DNA of 63,134 nt from Gemmatimonadales bacterium (GCA_038205305.1 JBBRBZ010000004.1:1-63134), one strand, 5' to 3'. Positions 28,687 through 38,846 are shown, numbered from the stretch's first letter. Numbers and translations are program-made. The notes: a model not told the origin generated them from the sequence alone.

Positions 28687-30366
28687 ATGTCGCGTTCCCT
28701 GCGCTCGCTGGCGTTGCTCTCCCTCGTGCTTCCGCTCGTGGCCTGCGGCCGATCCAGTGCCGCCAAGGAGGTCCCCTCGACCATCACCGCCGAGGGCCTG
28801 CTCCAGCACATCACGGACCTCTCCGCCGACTCGATGGAGGGACGGGGCCCGGGAACCCGCGCCGAAACCAAGGTCGTGCGCTACCTCACCAACCAGTTCA
28901 AGGCGCTCGGGCTTGAACCCGGTAATCCAGACGGCAGCTGGACCCAGCCGGTGAAGCTGATGGGATTCACCGCCACGCCCACGATGGAACTCCGCGCCGG
29001 TGGCACGAGCATCCCGATGACCTTTCGGACGGACTACGTCGCGGCCTCCCGGCGCGAAACGCCCCAGGTGGACGTGGTGAACAGCGATATCGTCTTCGTG
29101 GGATATGGTGTCGATGCACCGGAGTATCAATGGGATGACTACAAGGGGATGGATGTGAAGGGAAAGACGATCGTGATGCTGGTCAACGATCCGCCAGTTC
29201 CCGATCCCGCCGATTCCACCAAGTTGGACCCCGCCGTCTTTCGCGGTGACGCAATGACCTACTACGGCCGCTGGACCTACAAGTACGAAGAGGCGAGTCG
29301 CAAGGGCGCGGCCGCCGCGATCATCGTCCACCAGACGGTGCCGGCGGGCTATCCCTGGTCGGTGGTCTCCGACAGCTGGGGTGGCGAGAACATGGATGTC
29401 GAACACACCGATGGCAACGCCGGACGAGTGGCGATCGAGTCGTGGATCACGGTGGACAAGGCGAAGGCACTCTTCGCCGCGGCGGGCAAGGACTTCGACG
29501 CCCTTCAACGTGCGGCGCGCTCCCGTGACTTCAAGCCGGTGGCGCTTGGCGCCACCGCGACCATTCGCCTGAAGAATGCCGTGCGTACCGTGAGCACCCA
29601 GAACGTGATCGCGATGGTGCCGGGTTCTGATCCGAAGCTCAAGAACGAATACGTCGTCTACACCGCCCACTGGGATCACCTCGGCATCGGACAGCCGGTC
29701 AACGGCGATTCAATCTTCAACGGGGCGATCGACAACGCCTCCGGGACCGCCGCCGTCCTCGAGCTGGCGAAGGCATTCAAGGCGCTCTCTCCCGCGCCCA
29801 AGCGTTCCATTCTCTTCCTGGTCGTGACCGCGGAGGAGAAGGGCCTGCTCGGCGCCAGATTCTACGCCGAGAATCCGCTCTACCCGCTGGCCAAGACCGT
29901 TGCGGACTTCAACATTGACGGTGTCAATCAATGGGGGAAGACGACCGACCTGGTGGTGATCGGGAAGGGCGCAACCACACTTGAGGATGTGCTCGATTCC
30001 GTGGCGACCGGGAAGGGGCGAACGCTCTCGCCCGATCCCGAGCCAGAGAAGGGGTTGTACTACCGTTCCGATCACTTTGAGTTCGCCAAGCAGGGTGTGC
30101 CGGCGATGTTCCTCGACAATGGTGTCGAGTATATCGGCAAGCCCGCGGGTTATGGCAAGCAGAAGCGCGACGAGTATACCGACAACGACTACCACAAACC
30201 GTCCGACGAAGTGAAGCCGGACTGGGACCTGAGCGGCGCTGTCGACGACCTGAACCTGCTGCTCAACACGGGGGCGCGGGTCGCCAACGCGGCCACCTGG
30301 CCGGCGTGGAAGGCCGGGACGGAATTCAAGGCCATTCGGGAGCGGATGTTGCAGCCCGCCCAATGA
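28687..30366 (+). CDS. M28-family aminopeptidase lipoprotein with PA domain
   Basis: The lipobox signal is [21 protein letters not shown]28 motifs are [37 protein letters not shown] and YYRSDH. The ORF-track start at 28381 overlaps groEL. Confidence 0.85.
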   Translation: MSRSLRSLALLSLVLPLVACGRSSAAKEVPSTITAEGLLQHITDLSADSMEGRGPGTRAETKVVRYLTNQFKALGLEPGNPDGSWTQPVKLMGFTATPTMELRAGGTSIPMTFRTDYVAASRRETPQVDVVNSDIVFVGYGVDAPEYQWDDYKGMDVKGKTIVMLVNDPPVPDPADSTKLDPAVFRGDAMTYYGRWTYKYEEASRKGAAAAIIVHQTVPAGYPWSVVSDSWGGENMDVEHTDGNAGRVAIESWITVDKAKALFAAAGKDFDALQRAARSRDFKPVALGATATIRLKNAVRTVSTQNVIAMVPGSDPKLKNEYVVYTAHWDHLGIGQPVNGDSIFNGAIDNASGTAAVLELAKAFKALSPAPKRSILFLVVTAEEKGLLGARFYAENPLYPLAKTVADFNIDGVNQWGKTTDLVVIGKGATTLEDVLDSVATGKGRTLSPDPEPEKGLYYRSDHFEFAKQGVPAMFLDNGVEYIGKPAGYGKQKRDEYTDNDYHKPSDEVKPDWDLSGAVDDLNLLLNTGARVANAATWPAWKAGTEFKAIRERMLQPAQ

Positions 30367-31785
30367 GTGCCTGACGCCCCCGGAACGACGATCGTGCCCC
30401 CGGCAACCGCTTGGGGCACGATTCGCGAAGCGCTGCGTGGCTCGCACCTCGATTTTACCGACGCCCCAATCGGACGCGCGGTGATTCTCCTGGCCATCCC
30501 GATGGTGCTCGAGATGGTGATGGAGAGCATCTTCGCCGTCTCCGACATCTTCTTCGTGTCGAAGCTGGGACCAGCGGCCGTGGCCGCGGTGGGACTCACT
30601 GAATCGCTGCTCGCGCTGGTCTACGCACTGGCGATGGGACTTGGCATGGCCGTCACGGCGGTCGTTGCCCGCCGCGTCGGCGAAAAGGATGGCGACGGTG
30701 CGGCACACGCCGCGGCCCAGGCGGTGCTCTTCGGCATCGTGTTGGCGGCCATCCTGGGGACCTTCGGCTCCCTCTACGCGCCGCACCTGCTCGCGCTCAT
30801 GGGCGCTTCACCCGATGTGCTTGCCGTGGGGACCGGCTTCGCGCGAGTCATGCTGGGGGGCGAGGCCACCGTCATCCTGCTCTTCCTGCTCAACGCCGCC
30901 TTCCGCGGGGCAGGTGACCCCGCCATTGCGATGCGCGTGCTCTGGATCTCCAACGGTGTGAACATCGTATTGGGGCCGTGCCTGATTTTCGGTGTGGGAC
31001 CCTTTCCCCAACTCGGGGTGACCGGTGCGGCAGTGGCGACGACGATCGGACGAGGCATCGGGGCATCGCTGGCATTCGTCGCCCTGGTGCGGCCGAACAA
31101 TCGACTCCATGTCACCCTGCGGCACTTTGTTCCCGATCTGGCGGTGATCCGGAGCCTGCTTGGGATTGGTGCCTCGGCGACGCTCCAATTCCTGGTGGGC
31201 TCTTCGAGCTGGATCGGGATGATGCGGATCATTGCGACCTTCGGAAGCGTTGCGCTTGCGGGCTATACCATCGCCATCCGGATCGTCATCTTCGCCATTC
31301 TTCCGGCATGGGGGCTCGCGAGCGCTGCCGCGACCATGGTTGGCCAGAACCTCGGGGCGCACAAGCCTGAGCGGGCAGAGCAATCAGTGTGGATTGCCTG
31401 TCGCTACAACTTCGCGTTTCTGGCGGTGCTCGCCGTGCTGTTCGTGATCTTTGCCCCGGTGATGAGTTCCTGGTTCGGGCACGATCCGGAAACGGCCCGG
31501 GGGGCGGCCTTGGCGCTGCGGATCATGTCCGCCGGCTTCCCGCTCTATGCCTTCGGGATGGTCCTCACCCAGGCCTTCAACGGGGCAGGGGACACGTGGA
31601 CGCCGACCTGGCTCAACTTCCTGGTATTCTGGTGCGTCCAGATCCCGCTGGCGTGGCTCCTGGCCACCACGTTCGGGCTTGGGCCGACCGGTGGATTCAT
31701 CGCGATCTCGATCGCGTTCTCCCTGCTGGCTGGGGCCGCCGCACTCCTCTTTCGCCGCGGCCGGTGGAAACTCACGGAAGTCTGA
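30367..31785 (+). CDS. MATE-family efflux transporter
   Basis: The 472-aa protein has about 12 TM helices. The N-terminal LAIPMVLEMVMESIFAVSDIFFVSKLG and the internal repeat LGIGASATLQFLV are typical of MATE/NorM-like pumps. Confidence 0.85.
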   Translation: MPDAPGTTIVPPATAWGTIREALRGSHLDFTDAPIGRAVILLAIPMVLEMVMESIFAVSDIFFVSKLGPAAVAAVGLTESLLALVYALAMGLGMAVTAVVARRVGEKDGDGAAHAAAQAVLFGIVLAAILGTFGSLYAPHLLALMGASPDVLAVGTGFARVMLGGEATVILLFLLNAAFRGAGDPAIAMRVLWISNGVNIVLGPCLIFGVGPFPQLGVTGAAVATTIGRGIGASLAFVALVRPNNRLHVTLRHFVPDLAVIRSLLGIGASATLQFLVGSSSWIGMMRIIATFGSVALAGYTIAIRIVIFAILPAWGLASAAATMVGQNLGAHKPERAEQSVWIACRYNFAFLAVLAVLFVIFAPVMSSWFGHDPETARGAALALRIMSAGFPLYAFGMVLTQAFNGAGDTWTPTWLNFLVFWCVQIPLAWLLATTFGLGPTGGFIAISIAFSLLAGAAALLFRRGRWKLTEV

Positions 31786-31888
31786 TGCCCCTCGTCCCGC
31801 CGTGATGCGGTGCCCGGCGATGTGTTGGTCGACTGCGCAGAATCGTTACCTTTCGCGGCAACATGTCACTCTCGCTGGAGCAATCTCG

Positions 31889-32275
31889 GTGCGTCGGATC
31901 ATCTTCGTTCTTGGTTTCCTCGTTCTCTGTGGTCAGGCTCCTCTGCTGGCGCAGAAGGGTCTCAACGTTACCGGCACCTGGCGGGTGAAGGCCGGCAAGG
32001 ACGTCAAGAATGGGCCGCGAGAGGTGATCATCCGCGCCGATTCCTCCGCCTCGTGGGGGAAGGAGACCGTGCGGTGGCGCTTGCCCAAGGGTGAGAAAGA
32101 GATCTCCATCCTGATCGGTGGGGAATGGGAGACCTATCAGCTCAAGGTGAAAGGATCTGCCTTGACGCTCTCCGGTGGCGACCTGCAGAAAGCGGTCACC
32201 CTGCAGCGCGTGGGGCCGCCAACACCGCTACCGGCGGGAGCCAAGATTCCGGGAGACTCGGGCAACGTACCCTGA
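31889..32275 (+). CDS. Hypothetical small secreted protein
   Basis: A GTG start at 31889 gives the signal peptide VRRIIFVLGFLVLCGQAPLLAQ and then a beta-rich domain of about 100 aa. The upstream part of ORF 31547 overlaps the MATE gene. Confidence 0.45.
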   Translation: MRRIIFVLGFLVLCGQAPLLAQKGLNVTGTWRVKAGKDVKNGPREVIIRADSSASWGKETVRWRLPKGEKEISILIGGEWETYQLKVKGSALTLSGGDLQKAVTLQRVGPPTPLPAGAKIPGDSGNVP

Positions 32276-32300
32276 GCTTTCGTTCTCGTCGTTCCATCGC

Positions 32301-32326
32301 ACGGCCCCGCCACGGTGCGGGGCCGT
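32301..32326 (+). terminator. Rho-independent-type terminator
   Basis: ACGGCCCCGC-cacggt-GCGGGGCCGT followed by TTTG, lying between convergent genes. Confidence 0.5.
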
Positions 32327-32347
32327 TTGCGTTTGGGAGTGGCCGAG

Positions 32348-33157
32348 TCAATCGAAGAGCGTGGCCTGATGTGGCGGGTGAAGCGGGATGGGGGCCATCG
32401 GGCCCTGTTGTTCGGCGAAGATGAGGGCGCCGTCGAATCCACGGGCAAGCAGGGCGGGGAGGACGACGGCCCGAGCCGCTTCGACCGTGTTGCAGCGCTG
32501 GCTGAGGTGGGCGAGCACGACGGTTCGCAGAGCGTCATGATGAACGTCCTCGAGCAGGCGTGCGGCGTCGAGGTTGGAAAGGTGCCCGCCGCTTCCGGCA
32601 ATGCGCTGCTGCACCACGGCGGGATAGCCACTGGTGCGGAGCAGCAGTTCGTCGTGATTGGCCTCGAGCACGAGGCAGGTTCGCTCGCGGAGGAACCAGC
32701 GGACGGACTGAGTCGGTCGGCCGAGGTCAGTCGCCACGCCGATGGAGACGCCACTCGGCAGCGTCACGCCGAGTGCCACCGGCTCGGCGGCATCGTGTGA
32801 GGTCGGTGATGCTCGCACCGCAAAGCTGCCGACTTCGAATGCCCGGTTCGAGCCGATGGGATGGAAGGCGCACGGCTCCCCTCCCTTGGCGAGTGCCTGC
32901 CAGGTGCCGAAGGAGGCGAGCAGGGGAATGTCATGGCGTCGGGCGAGTCGGGTCGCCCCCGACGCATGGTCGCCATGCTCGTGGGTGAGGGCGAGGCCGA
33001 CAAGCGTGGCCGGATCGAGGCCGGCGAGTTCCATCCGCCGCTCCACTTCCCGCGCGGAGAAGCCGACGTCGAGCAGGAGCGTCTCGTTCAGCCATTGCAC
33101 CACGAAGGCGTTGCCCTTCGAACCGGAGCCGAGAACGAAGAGCGTTGCATCCGCCAT
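32348..33157 (-). CDS. MBL-fold metallo-hydrolase (YycJ/PhnP-like)
   Basis: It reads FVLGSGSKGNAFVV and has THEHGDH (HxHxDH). At 269 aa it is the last gene of a tightly spaced minus-strand operon. Confidence 0.8.
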   Translation of the reverse strand: MADATLFVLGSGSKGNAFVVQWLNETLLLDVGFSAREVERRMELAGLDPATLVGLALTHEHGDHASGATRLARRHDIPLLASFGTWQALAKGGEPCAFHPIGSNRAFEVGSFAVRASPTSHDAAEPVALGVTLPSGVSIGVATDLGRPTQSVRWFLRERTCLVLEANHDELLLRTSGYPAVVQQRIAGSGGHLSNLDAARLLEDVHHDALRTVVLAHLSQRCNTVEAARAVVLPALLARGFDGALIFAEQQGPMAPIPLHPPHQATLFD

Positions 33158-33168
33158 GCGCGTGCCGC

Positions 33169-34338
33169 TCAGCCGGTGGTGAGTCGCTGGTGCATGGCGC
33201 GGAGCGAGGACTCCATCTTGGCATCGACCGCGACATCGCGGCGTGGCATCACCCGCTTCGCCATCTCGATGAAGGCCTCGACCTCGATCCGCGCGTCGGC
33301 CTCACCACCCCACGCAAACGGAGCGACATATTTCGGCGCACGCGGAGCCCCGAAGAGCTGGGCGCCTGCACCGAGCACCGCGCCGGTGGGGAGCAGCGTC
33401 CCGATCGCCGTCTTCACGTGCGGTCCGATCAACGAGCCGAGATTGGTGCGGCCGGTCTCGATTCGGGTGGGTCCGACGTCGAGGCGGATGGGACCGTAGG
33501 TGTTCTTCAGGTTCGACGTGATGGTGCCGGCGCCGAGATTGACCCACGGGCCGACCACGGAATGCCCCAGGAAACCGTCGTGACTCTTGTTGGCGTAGCC
33601 GGTGAACACCGAGGTGCTGATCTCCCCGTGGAGTCGGCAGTGTGGGCCGACACTCACCACCCGGAACGTGCCGCCGGCGAGCACACTCCCCTCGCGCGCC
33701 CAGAACGGACCGTCGATGCGCGTACCCGAGCGCACCTGCACGCCCGCGTCGAGGATGATGCCGCCCTGTCTGGCATCGAGCACCACGCCAGGTTCGAGCT
33801 CAGCCCCGCGGAGAGAGATCGCATCCGGATTCCCGAGCACCGTCACCCCGGCCGGGATGGCGTCGCTCCGGCCGTCGAGCGAGGCGAGCGTGTCGGTGAA
33901 GAGGAACTGCTCGAGCGCCGTGATCAGCTCCCAAGTACCCTGAAGCGGGCGACCCTCGACCACCACGCCGTTGCCGTCCGTGAAAGGGCCACTCCATGCC
34001 TCACCGGCCTCGAGTCGCCAGGCGACATCCTGACCGGCATGAATCAGGCGACGGCTCTCGCCGACGTCCCGCATCGGCAGCTTGGGAGCGAAGGTCGCGT
34101 CCACCACCCATGCTGGCCCGACGAGGGCCTCGGGACGGACCAGCGGAATGGCCCGCGTCGGGCGGGGGCCGTCCACGTGAGCGGCCACGATGCCACGCAC
34201 AGTGCCATGGATGGCTCGCGACCAACGCTCATGGAGGAGCCACGCTCCAGCGCGCAGTTCGCTGAGGGGAACGGCGCCGGCGAAAGGCGCCCAGGCGTGG
34301 CCCGGGGCAGTCGGTTCGAGCAGGTAGATCTCAGTCAT
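33169..34338 (-). CDS. Sugar nucleotidyltransferase-like protein with left-handed beta-helix (GlmU-like), degenerate N-terminal signature
   Basis: The C-terminal half has hexapeptide repeats (GVVLDARQGGIILDAGVQVRSGTRIDGP...VGPHCRLHGEIS...GPWVNLGAGTITSN). The N-terminus lacks a GxGTR motif. Confidence 0.65.
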   Translation of the reverse strand: MTEIYLLEPTAPGHAWAPFAGAVPLSELRAGAWLLHERWSRAIHGTVRGIVAAHVDGPRPTRAIPLVRPEALVGPAWVVDATFAPKLPMRDVGESRRLIHAGQDVAWRLEAGEAWSGPFTDGNGVVVEGRPLQGTWELITALEQFLFTDTLASLDGRSDAIPAGVTVLGNPDAISLRGAELEPGVVLDARQGGIILDAGVQVRSGTRIDGPFWAREGSVLAGGTFRVVSVGPHCRLHGEISTSVFTGYANKSHDGFLGHSVVGPWVNLGAGTITSNLKNTYGPIRLDVGPTRIETGRTNLGSLIGPHVKTAIGTLLPTGAVLGAGAQLFGAPRAPKYVAPFAWGGEADARIEVEAFIEMAKRVMPRRDVAVDAKMESSLRAMHQRLTTG

Positions 34339-34339
34339 G

Positions 34340-35368
34340 TCATTCCAGTTCGCGCACCGAGGTCGGCAGCGCGTCGAGGGTCTTTTTCAGGTCGGGCGCG
34401 CGCGCCCGGTCGAGCACCAACGTTCGGTAGTTGGCGTGCACCACCACCAGGTCGCGAACGCCACTCAGCACCATCGGGGGTCCATCATTCCAGACAATGC
34501 AGTCGCTGCAGTCCACCAAGGTGACAAGTCCCTGCACGATATTGCCGCGGCGGTCTCGCGGACGCACCCGTGCCAGTGCCTCCCACGTGCCAATGTCGTC
34601 CCAGGCAAAGTCGCCGGTGATGACGGCGACCGCCTCGCTCCGTTCGAACAGCCCCACGTCGATGGAAACCTCGCGCACTTCGCGGAAGAACGCGGCGACG
34701 TCCCCGGCATCGAGCATGGGCAGGTAGGGCGCGATTTCGTTGGTATGGGTTTCGACCTCGCGCCGGAGGTCGTCGGCCCGCCAGGCGAAGAGGCCACTGT
34801 TCCAAAGGGCACCGTCGGCCATCAGGTCCAGCGCTCGGGCGGCGTCGGGCTTCTCCACGAACCGCTGGACGGCCCGTGCTGCGGAATCGAGACGATCCCC
34901 TGGCACGATATAGCCGAAGCCGGTTTCCGGTCGCGAAGGGACGATTCCCACGGTGACCAAGCGACGATGCCGGCCTGCCGTTTCGAGCGCGATCGCCGCA
35001 GTGGTGGCGAACGCGGCAGGGTCGCTGACGGCCCAGTCGGCATGCATCGAGACGATCGCCGCCTCGGGATCTCGCGTGGCGGCCTCGAGGGTGGCCCAGA
35101 CCAGCGCCGGTCCGGTGGACGCCGCCCGCGGTTCAATCAGGTAGTTCTCGGGCGGCACGGTCAGCTTCTTCTGGAGCTGCTCTGCGAGCCTCGCCCCGGA
35201 AACGACCAAGATCCGTTCGGGCGGGATGAAGCCTGCCAGACGGTCCACTGCCTCCTCTGCGCTCGATCGCGGACCGGCGAGTGGGAGGAGCTGCTTGGGT
35301 TGGCCTGGTGAGGAGAGGGGCCAGAATCGGGTGCCCGAGCCGCCCGCCAGAAGCACTGCCCATTGCAT
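34340..35368 (-). CDS. Mannose-1-phosphate guanylyltransferase-like NTP transferase (no PMI/cupin domain)
   Basis: It has LAGGSGTRFWPLS, KQLLPL, EPxxxxTGPA, GFGYI, VEKPD and WNSGLF, a typical ManC/CpsB N-terminal domain. Confidence 0.8.
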   Translation of the reverse strand: MQWAVLLAGGSGTRFWPLSSPGQPKQLLPLAGPRSSAEEAVDRLAGFIPPERILVVSGARLAEQLQKKLTVPPENYLIEPRAASTGPALVWATLEAATRDPEAAIVSMHADWAVSDPAAFATTAAIALETAGRHRRLVTVGIVPSRPETGFGYIVPGDRLDSAARAVQRFVEKPDAARALDLMADGALWNSGLFAWRADDLRREVETHTNEIAPYLPMLDAGDVAAFFREVREVSIDVGLFERSEAVAVITGDFAWDDIGTWEALARVRPRDRRGNIVQGLVTLVDCSDCIVWNDGPPMVLSGVRDLVVVHANYRTLVLDRARAPDLKKTLDALPTSVRELE

Positions 35369-35378
35369 CAGATGCTCC

Positions 35379-35735
35379 CTAAATCAACTGTTCGAGGGCA
35401 GGGGCATGCCGCCGCAGCTCGTAGAGCAGCGTACCCAAGTCGCCGTCGTGGGCGGCGACGACGAGGAGCGTCGCTCCACCCCGAAGACGGTGCAGCACCA
35501 CCACGCCGCCACTGTTTTCGGAGACCACCTGTCGCGGCTCCCCCTGACCCACCGCCGAGGTGAGCGAGCTCAAGTGCCGGAGGACGGTCACCGCGTGCGC
35601 GGCGACTGCGTCGGGGTCGAGAGGCGGCGGCAGCACCGATTCGACGATGAGCCCCTCGTCGCTCACCACGGCCACCCCGGCCACGTCGGGGCGTTCGGCG
35701 AGGGCAGTGAGGATGGACCGGAGCGGTTGCATCAA
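35379..35735 (-). CDS. Roadblock/LC7 (MglB-like) domain protein
   Basis: The 118-aa protein reads L..L.ERPDVAGVAVVSDEGLIVES......D.VAA.........L....G.G...Q.V.E...G.VVL, the classic Roadblock/LC7 pattern. Confidence 0.8.
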   Translation of the reverse strand: MMQPLRSILTALAERPDVAGVAVVSDEGLIVESVLPPPLDPDAVAAHAVTVLRHLSSLTSAVGQGEPRQVVSENSGGVVVLHRLRGGATLLVVAAHDGDLGTLLYELRRHAPALEQLI

Positions 35736-35845
35736 TGGGTCTCCCGGCGGGTGGAGGGACGGGCCAACCTATGATCAGCGCAGCGGCGAAGTCAAGCAAT
35801 GACGGCGGGTTGCCGCGTGTCGGTCAGCGGTCTAACCTTCTCTTC

Positions 35846-36394
35846 ATGAAGGCATTCCCGTACCTCCTGGCGACCGCGATCGCGGCCGCAGCGTGCAGTG
35901 GCAACCAGCTCTACCCGGCCCAGATGTCCAACGCGGTCGATACCGTGACCCTCGGCGCGTTGATTGGCGCAGAATTGCGGTGGCCGGCGGCGTATTCCGT
36001 TGCTGACGGGCTGCCGATCCGGACCGATCAGTCGGCGGCCTTCGACTTCGTTTACACCATCGACGGTGCCGGACGCCACGTGCTGCTCCCGCTGCAGGTG
36101 CTTGGGCTGGGATCGTCCGGAAGCACCGACCCCGGGCTGCAGAAGGTCAGCGTCTCGTTCGACAACCTGACCTCAGCTCCATCCAGTGGCTACATCGCCG
36201 ACGACACCCTGCCGATTGCCGTCGGCGACGTCATCGCGGCGCGCTCCCGGATCGCCTGTTCACTGGGTGTCCCCGAGTATGCCAAGTTGCAGATTCTCAG
36301 CTTCGATGAGACGCAGCACACCATGAAGATGCAGGTGCTCGCCAACGTCAACTGTGGATACCGGAGCCTGGCAACCGGCGTCCCGACGAAGTGA
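35846..36394 (+). CDS. Hypothetical lipoprotein
   Basis: ATG 35846 gives MKAFPYLLATAIAAAACSG (lipobox AAAC). The mature domain is beta-rich. I recognise no family. Confidence 0.5.
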   Translation: MKAFPYLLATAIAAAACSGNQLYPAQMSNAVDTVTLGALIGAELRWPAAYSVADGLPIRTDQSAAFDFVYTIDGAGRHVLLPLQVLGLGSSGSTDPGLQKVSVSFDNLTSAPSSGYIADDTLPIAVGDVIAARSRIACSLGVPEYAKLQILSFDETQHTMKMQVLANVNCGYRSLATGVPTK

Positions 36395-36397
36395 TCG

Positions 36398-37681
36398 ATG
36401 ATTGACGTCCGACGTCTCCGCCAGGATCCCGCGTCGGCTCGTGCCGATCTGGCTCGGCGCCTCGACACTGAGGCCCTCCAACAACTGGACCGCGCCCTCG
36501 AACTCGATACCCGCCGTCGCGAATCCATCGGCCAGGTCGAACGCCTTCAGGCCGAGCGCAACCTGCAGACCGAAGCGGTGGCCCGACGGAAGCGCGAAAA
36601 GCTCCCGTCGGATGACCTGCTTGCCGAGTTGAAGCAGTCGGGGGAACGGGTGCGTGGGCTCGAGGCGGATCTTCGCGACACCGAGCTCCTGCTTGAGGGC
36701 CACCTCGCGGCCATTCCGAACTTCGTCCTCGACTCGGCGCCCGATGGGGACGCCACCGCCAACCGCGTGGTGCGGGAGTGGGGCACGCCGCCAACCTTCG
36801 ACTTCACGCCCAAACCCCACTGGGAGCTGGGCGCAGCCCTCGGCCTCTTCGACATGACGCGCGGCGCCAAGCTCGCCGGGACCGGCTTCCCGCTCTTCAC
36901 CGGGCAGGGGGCCAGACTCGTGCGTGCACTCGCGAACTTCATGCTCGACCTGCACACCACGGAGCATGGCTACCTTGAGGTGCAGCCGCCGTACCTGGTG
37001 AACGAAGCGAGCGTGCGGGGAACTGGGCAGCTGCCGAAGTTCCAGGAAGATCTCTACCTCTCCGAGCGGGATGCGCTGTATCTCATCCCGACCGCCGAAG
37101 TGCCACTGACGAACATCTACCGCGACGAAATCCTCGACGCGTCGGTGCTGCCCATCACGCTCACCGCCTACACCCCGTGCTTTCGCCGAGAGGCGGGCTC
37201 CCACGGCAAGGACACACGCGGCCTCATTCGGGTCCATCAGTTCGACAAGGTTGAGCTGGTGCGCCTCTGCAAGCCTGAAGCGAGCGAGCAGGACCACGCG
37301 CTGATCACCTTGCAGGCGGAGACGGTGCTCCAGCGACTTGGGCTCCCGTATCGCGTGCTCGCGCTCGCGGCCGGCGACACCGGTTTCTCGAGTGCCTGTA
37401 CCTTCGACCTCGAAGTGTGGGGTTCTGGTGTCGGCGCCTGGCTCGAAGTGTCGAGTGCCAGCACCTTCACGGATTTTCAGGCGCGGCGGGCAAACATTCG
37501 CTACCGGCCTGCGCCGGGTGCCAAGCCGGAATTCGTGCACACGCTCAACGCATCCGGCGTGGCCTTCCCGCGCGCCATCATCGCCCTGCTCGAAAACGGC
37601 CAGCAGGTAGACGGTTCGGTGATCCTTCCCGCCGCGCTGGTCCCCTATGTCGGGACCGATCGCCTCGTCCCGCGGTCGTAA
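36398..37681 (+). CDS. serS: Seryl-tRNA synthetase
   Basis: It has an N-terminal coiled-coil arm (MIDVRRLRQDP...) and class II motifs: FRREAGSHGKDTRGLIRVHQFDKVE and LNASGVAFPRAIIALLEN. Confidence 0.95.
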   Translation: MIDVRRLRQDPASARADLARRLDTEALQQLDRALELDTRRRESIGQVERLQAERNLQTEAVARRKREKLPSDDLLAELKQSGERVRGLEADLRDTELLLEGHLAAIPNFVLDSAPDGDATANRVVREWGTPPTFDFTPKPHWELGAALGLFDMTRGAKLAGTGFPLFTGQGARLVRALANFMLDLHTTEHGYLEVQPPYLVNEASVRGTGQLPKFQEDLYLSERDALYLIPTAEVPLTNIYRDEILDASVLPITLTAYTPCFRREAGSHGKDTRGLIRVHQFDKVELVRLCKPEASEQDHALITLQAETVLQRLGLPYRVLALAAGDTGFSSACTFDLEVWGSGVGAWLEVSSASTFTDFQARRANIRYRPAPGAKPEFVHTLNASGVAFPRAIIALLENGQQVDGSVILPAALVPYVGTDRLVPRS

Positions 37682-38846
37682 GGCGCGCCTCAGCCGCTTC
37701 GCGCCGAGCGCAGCGGTCCTGTTGGTGGCGCTTCTGGCGGGCCTCAGCCTTGGCTCTTCCTTCCTCGTCCAACGGCACCTCCGAGAAGAGGCTCGCGCGG
37801 CGTCCCGCATCTACTCCACCGTCTACGCGGCCCTCAACAACCCCGACAGCAGCGATGAGATGTCGATCCTGCTGCGTCTCGGCCAGAGCATCGGCGAGCT
37901 TGGCATCCCGCTGGTGATCACCGACACCGCGGGACGCGTCACGGCCTCGCTGAACCTCCCGTTCGACACGACGGGTTTCTCCCGCGACGACCCGCGCGTG
38001 CTCGCGTACGCCAAGAAGCTCGATGGCATCAATCCGGCGATCGATGTGCCCGGCTTTGCGGTGGTGCACTACGGCGCGGTGCCCGCGACGCGTCTGTTGC
38101 TCACGATCGGCGCCCTGCAGGTCTTCACCCTGCTCGTCATGCTGATGGTGGGCATCACTGCCTACCGGGCCGCCACGATCGCCCAGCGTGATCGCATGTG
38201 GGTGGCCATGGCGAGGGAGGCGGCACATCAGATGGGCACGCCGCTCACCTCGCTCCAGGGATGGATCGAACAACTGCGGTCCGAGGGCCTCTCGCGTGAG
38301 AAGATCGCCGAGTTCCTTGACGCCGACGCCGATCGGCTGCAGCGTGTGGCGCAGCGTTTCGAACGGATCGGCAATCCCGCGCGACGCGACCCGATCGCCC
38401 TCGGCGCGACCGCGGAGCGCGTCGCCAACTACTTCCGTCCCCGGCTGCCGAAGCTCAACCACGCGATCACCCTCGAGGTTCGCGCGCCGCGGGCCGGTCC
38501 AAATATCCTGGGGGATTCGGTCCTGCTCGAGTGGGCACTCGAGGCCCTGGTGAAGAACGCGATCGATGCGCTCCAGGGCCGCGACGGCAAGATCATCATT
38601 GCCGCGGAGTCCGACCACGACGGCGCCGTCATGCGGGTGAGCGACGATGGCCCGGGCGTGCCGCGAGAGATCCGCCGGACCCTCTTCAGCCCCGGCGTCA
38701 CGACCAAGCGCGGAGGGTGGGGGATCGGGCTCGCCCTCGTGCGTCGCGTGATCGAGGAAGCCCACGGCGGTGAGATCACCCTCGAAACTGCTGAACGCGG
38801 CACCACTTTTGTGATGCACTTTCCCCAGGTGAGCCCGACGACATGA
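37647..38846 (+). CDS. Sensor histidine kinase (two TM, HisKA + HATPase_c)
   Basis: It has an H-box EAAHQMGTPLTSLQGW, an N-box LVKNAIDA, a G1 box VSDDGPGVP and a G2 box GWGIGL. Two TM helices flank an extracytoplasmic region of about 120 aa. The start is uncertain because the ORF overlaps serS by 35 nt. Confidence 0.8.
   Translation: MSGPIASSRGRKARLSRFAPSAAVLLVALLAGLSLGSSFLVQRHLREEARAASRIYSTVYAALNNPDSSDEMSILLRLGQSIGELGIPLVITDTAGRVTASLNLPFDTTGFSRDDPRVLAYAKKLDGINPAIDVPGFAVVHYGAVPATRLLLTIGALQVFTLLVMLMVGITAYRAATIAQRDRMWVAMAREAAHQMGTPLTSLQGWIEQLRSEGLSREKIAEFLDADADRLQRVAQRFERIGNPARRDPIALGATAERVANYFRPRLPKLNHAITLEVRAPRAGPNILGDSVLLEWALEALVKNAIDALQGRDGKIIIAAESDHDGAVMRVSDDGPGVPREIRRTLFSPGVTTKRGGWGIGLALVRRVIEEAHGGEITLETAERGTTFVMHFPQVSPTT

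Noticed and set aside
31547-31888. The upstream part of the 242-aa ORF 31547-32275.
   Set aside because: It overlaps the 3' end of the MATE transporter gene in another frame. A GTG at 31889 followed by a signal peptide is the credible start.
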